Of a DNA stretch of 64,000 bases, positions 62,009 through 64,000 are shown in pieces. The notes under the pieces were generated by a model. That model saw only the letters and a list, made by a program, of their open reading frames with translations. It searched no databases and was not told the DNA's origin. The position numbers and the translations under genes were made by a program. The first letter of the stretch is position 1. The number at the start of each line of letters is the position of its first letter. This stretch comes from Thermococcus sp. JdFR-02 (GTDB taxonomy: Archaea > Methanobacteriota_B > Thermococci > Thermococcales > Thermococcaceae), in assembly GCA_002009975.1 (NCBI GenBank), contig MTLP01000012.1, forward strand, positions 1 through 64,000, read 5' to 3'.

Positions 62009-62461
62009 TCAAAGTTCTTCTTTAACAGTTACAAAAGATACCATTGTAACGGTTTGACTAATCCCTTCTATCTCTCTTAATTTATCGATAACAATCTTCC
62101 CTATCTCTTCTGCTGAAGATGCTCTAACTTTTATCAATAAATCCCATTCACCGGCTATTATATGGACCTCATGGACACCATCAATTTGGGCAACTTTTTC
62201 AGCAACTTCCCTTTGCGTTAATCCTGGAGAGGGGTCATATCGAGCTAAGATAAATGCCGTTGTTCCTAAATTTAACTTCTTGTAATTTGGTTTTATTGTG
62301 AATTTTTCTATGATTTTTTCATCCACAAGCTTTTTTATTCTGTAATGGACAGTTGTCCGTGGGATTCCTAATTTCTTACTCAGAGTTGCGATATTTTCTC
62401 TTGAGTTGTCTTTGAGTTCTTCGAGCAATTTTAAATCTATCTTATCCAATCCTTCCGCCAT
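62009..62461 (-). CDS. Lrp/AsnC family transcriptional regulator
   Basis: LDKIDLKLLEEL..RTTVHYRIKKL HTH; RAM domain IAGEWDLLIKV. Confidence 0.95.
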   Translation of the reverse strand: MAEGLDKIDLKLLEELKDNSRENIATLSKKLGIPRTTVHYRIKKLVDEKIIEKFTIKPNYKKLNLGTTAFILARYDPSPGLTQREVAEKVAQIDGVHEVHIIAGEWDLLIKVRASSAEEIGKIVIDKLREIEGISQTVTMVSFVTVKEEL

Positions 62462-62527
62462 ATCCTTTCCCCTCTAGTCGTTTGTCATTTTTTCAAATAT
62501 ATATGTTTTATGTTTGTCGTTTACCCA

Positions 62528-63082
62528 TTATATAAGGTTTTCTTTTAACCATTTTGAAAACATCCTCAATGCTTTCCCTCTATGGGATATTCTGTTCTTT
62601 TCTTCGGTTGTCATTTCTGCAAATGTTTTCTTAAAACCATTCGGGACAAATATTGGGTCAAAACCAAACCCCATAGTCCCTCTTTTTTCAAAAATTATCT
62701 CTCCTTTTACAACTCCAGTGAAAATATGTACTTTTCCGTCATAGTATCCAATGACACTTTTAAAGTAGGCTCTCCTATCTTCAATTTCATCCATTAATTT
62801 CAAAATTCCATCATTTCCAAGGGTTTTGTAAACGTAAGCAGAATAAACTCCGGGAAATCCATTTAATGCTTCTATAAACAGTCCAGAATCATCTATAAAA
62901 AAAGGTTTGTCAATTTTGTTTTTAAGCCAGTTCAATGCAAATTCAACAACTTTTTCCAATTCATTTGCTTGGATTTCTGGATATTCAAATTTCTTCTGAA
63001 CGACTCTGACGCCTAAATTTCCCAGATATTTCTGAGCTTCTTCAACTTTTCCCTTATTTGACGTTATAAACACAATTTCCAC
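62528..63082 (-). CDS. rdgB: XTP/dITP diphosphatase (HAM1/RdgB)
   Basis: [29 protein letters not shown]. Confidence 0.95.
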   Translation of the reverse strand: MEIVFITSNKGKVEEAQKYLGNLGVRVVQKKFEYPEIQANELEKVVEFALNWLKNKIDKPFFIDDSGLFIEALNGFPGVYSAYVYKTLGNDGILKLMDEIEDRRAYFKSVIGYYDGKVHIFTGVVKGEIIFEKRGTMGFGFDPIFVPNGFKKTFAEMTTEEKNRISHRGKALRMFSKWLKENLI

Positions 63083-63164
63083 TTTAGCTCACCTGTAAAA
63101 TAGTGTTGGGCATTAAAAATAAACTTTTGGCTAGTTTAGAAAAAAGTTAAGATGGGAATTTAGC

Positions 63165-63665
63165 TCAGTCTATTACGTACCCAATTTTCTCCACTAATGC
63201 TCTTCTCTCTTTTTTCTGCTCTTCAGTCTCTATCTTGTTTGCGGCTTTTCCATCAACGATACCTAAGATTGCTCTTCCCAACTCAGTTTCAGCAATAATT
63301 ACTTGTATTGGGTTTTCACTAGCACCATAAACCATTGCAACTGCAGGATGATTTTTTATGGTATTTAAAACGTTTATTGGGAATGCATTTTTCATAAGTA
63401 CTACAAACGCATGTCCGGCTCCGATTTTCACCGCATTTTTAGCTGCTAATTCCTCTAATTCTTTGTCATTTCCAGTGTATCTTGTTAACTGAGGTTTTGC
63501 TTCATTCATAGCAATTCCAAATTTAATTCCCGGGACAGTCGTTAGCAGAGCTTTAGCCAAATCATCGACAGTAAATATTGAAAAGTTACCTTGTCCTATA
63601 ATGCATTCTACCCCATCTGGTTTTTCAATATCAATCACCTCAATTTTCACCATAGCAACCACCAA
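63165..63665 (-). CDS. adenosine-specific kinase family (DUF355) protein
   Basis: IIGQGNFS, FGIAMNEA, GHAF, FPINVLN, GIVDG. Confidence 0.85.
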   Translation of the reverse strand: MVVAMVKIEVIDIEKPDGVECIIGQGNFSIFTVDDLAKALLTTVPGIKFGIAMNEAKPQLTRYTGNDKELEELAAKNAVKIGAGHAFVVLMKNAFPINVLNTIKNHPAVAMVYGASENPIQVIIAETELGRAILGIVDGKAANKIETEEQKKERRALVEKIGYVID

Positions 63666-63714
63666 AAATAATATATTAGGATATTTGATAAAACTTTTTC
63701 TTAAGGGAGAGATA

Positions 63715-64000
63715 ATGGATGATGATGTGAAAATCGAAGAAATTGAATTTCTAGTTGAGATACTGAATAAACATCCAAAAGAAAGTTTGCGTAAAATAGC
63801 GAGTATTGAAGGTATTGATTATTATAGATTGAAGCGTCTCTACGATAAATACTATGGAGTAGGCAAACATGTCCAGGTTAATGCTATCTATGATATTGCC
63901 AGAGTAGGTCTTAGAAGTTATGTTGCATTTTTGAGCATGTCCAAAGAGGATATTCCACATGTGGCTTTGAAAATGGCTAATAATCCATTTATAGCTTATA
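63715..64000 (+). CDS. partial ORF, Lrp/AsnC-like HTH regulator (runs off window end)
   Basis: ATG 63715 after GGGAG; MDDDVKIEEIEFLVEILNKHPKESLRKIASIEGIDYYRLKRLYDKY..YDIARVGL, open to the end. Confidence 0.65.
   Translation, partial: MDDDVKIEEIEFLVEILNKHPKESLRKIASIEGIDYYRLKRLYDKYYGVGKHVQVNAIYDIARVGLRSYVAFLSMSKEDIPHVALKMANNPFIAY

Overview
Archaeal chromosomal DNA from a low-GC member of the Thermococcales, spanning the replication origin. It contains radA, oriC (two full inverted ORB elements around an AT-rich unwinding region), cdc6 and PolD DP1/DP2. Most of the window is core genome: a MoxR/DUF58 operon, a type IV pilus/Tad-like assembly locus, a TupABC-type tungstate transporter, trm14, trpS, tetraether lipid synthase (tes), udg, pantoate kinase, nnr, nucS, hypA/Mrp-type hypB, tpiA, GAPOR, fbp, proC, tRNA-Gln(UUG), an intron-containing tRNA-Trp and a box C/D sRNA. 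Three homing-endonuclease inteins with different splice chemistries are present: an Ala1 KlbA intein, a Cys1/Asn intein inside the Tes radical-SAM motif and a Gln-terminal DP2 intein. Four items most deserve follow-up. (1) An AT-rich accessory islet at about 35.5-38.6 kb encodes a secreted precursor with a 12-Cys halocin-C8-like C-terminal peptide plus coupled membrane genes, a candidate hyperthermophile archaeocin system. (2) A leaderless 11-codon Trp-rich uORF (MMKLGDCFWLW) lies directly upstream of trpS, a candidate attenuation-like control. (3) An AATGACA motif sits exactly 25 bp upstream of the TATA box in three promoters, a candidate Lrp regulon. (4) A DUF835 gene is split at an in-frame A_AAA_AAG slippery heptamer. 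Product calls come from motif recognition only; no database searches were run.
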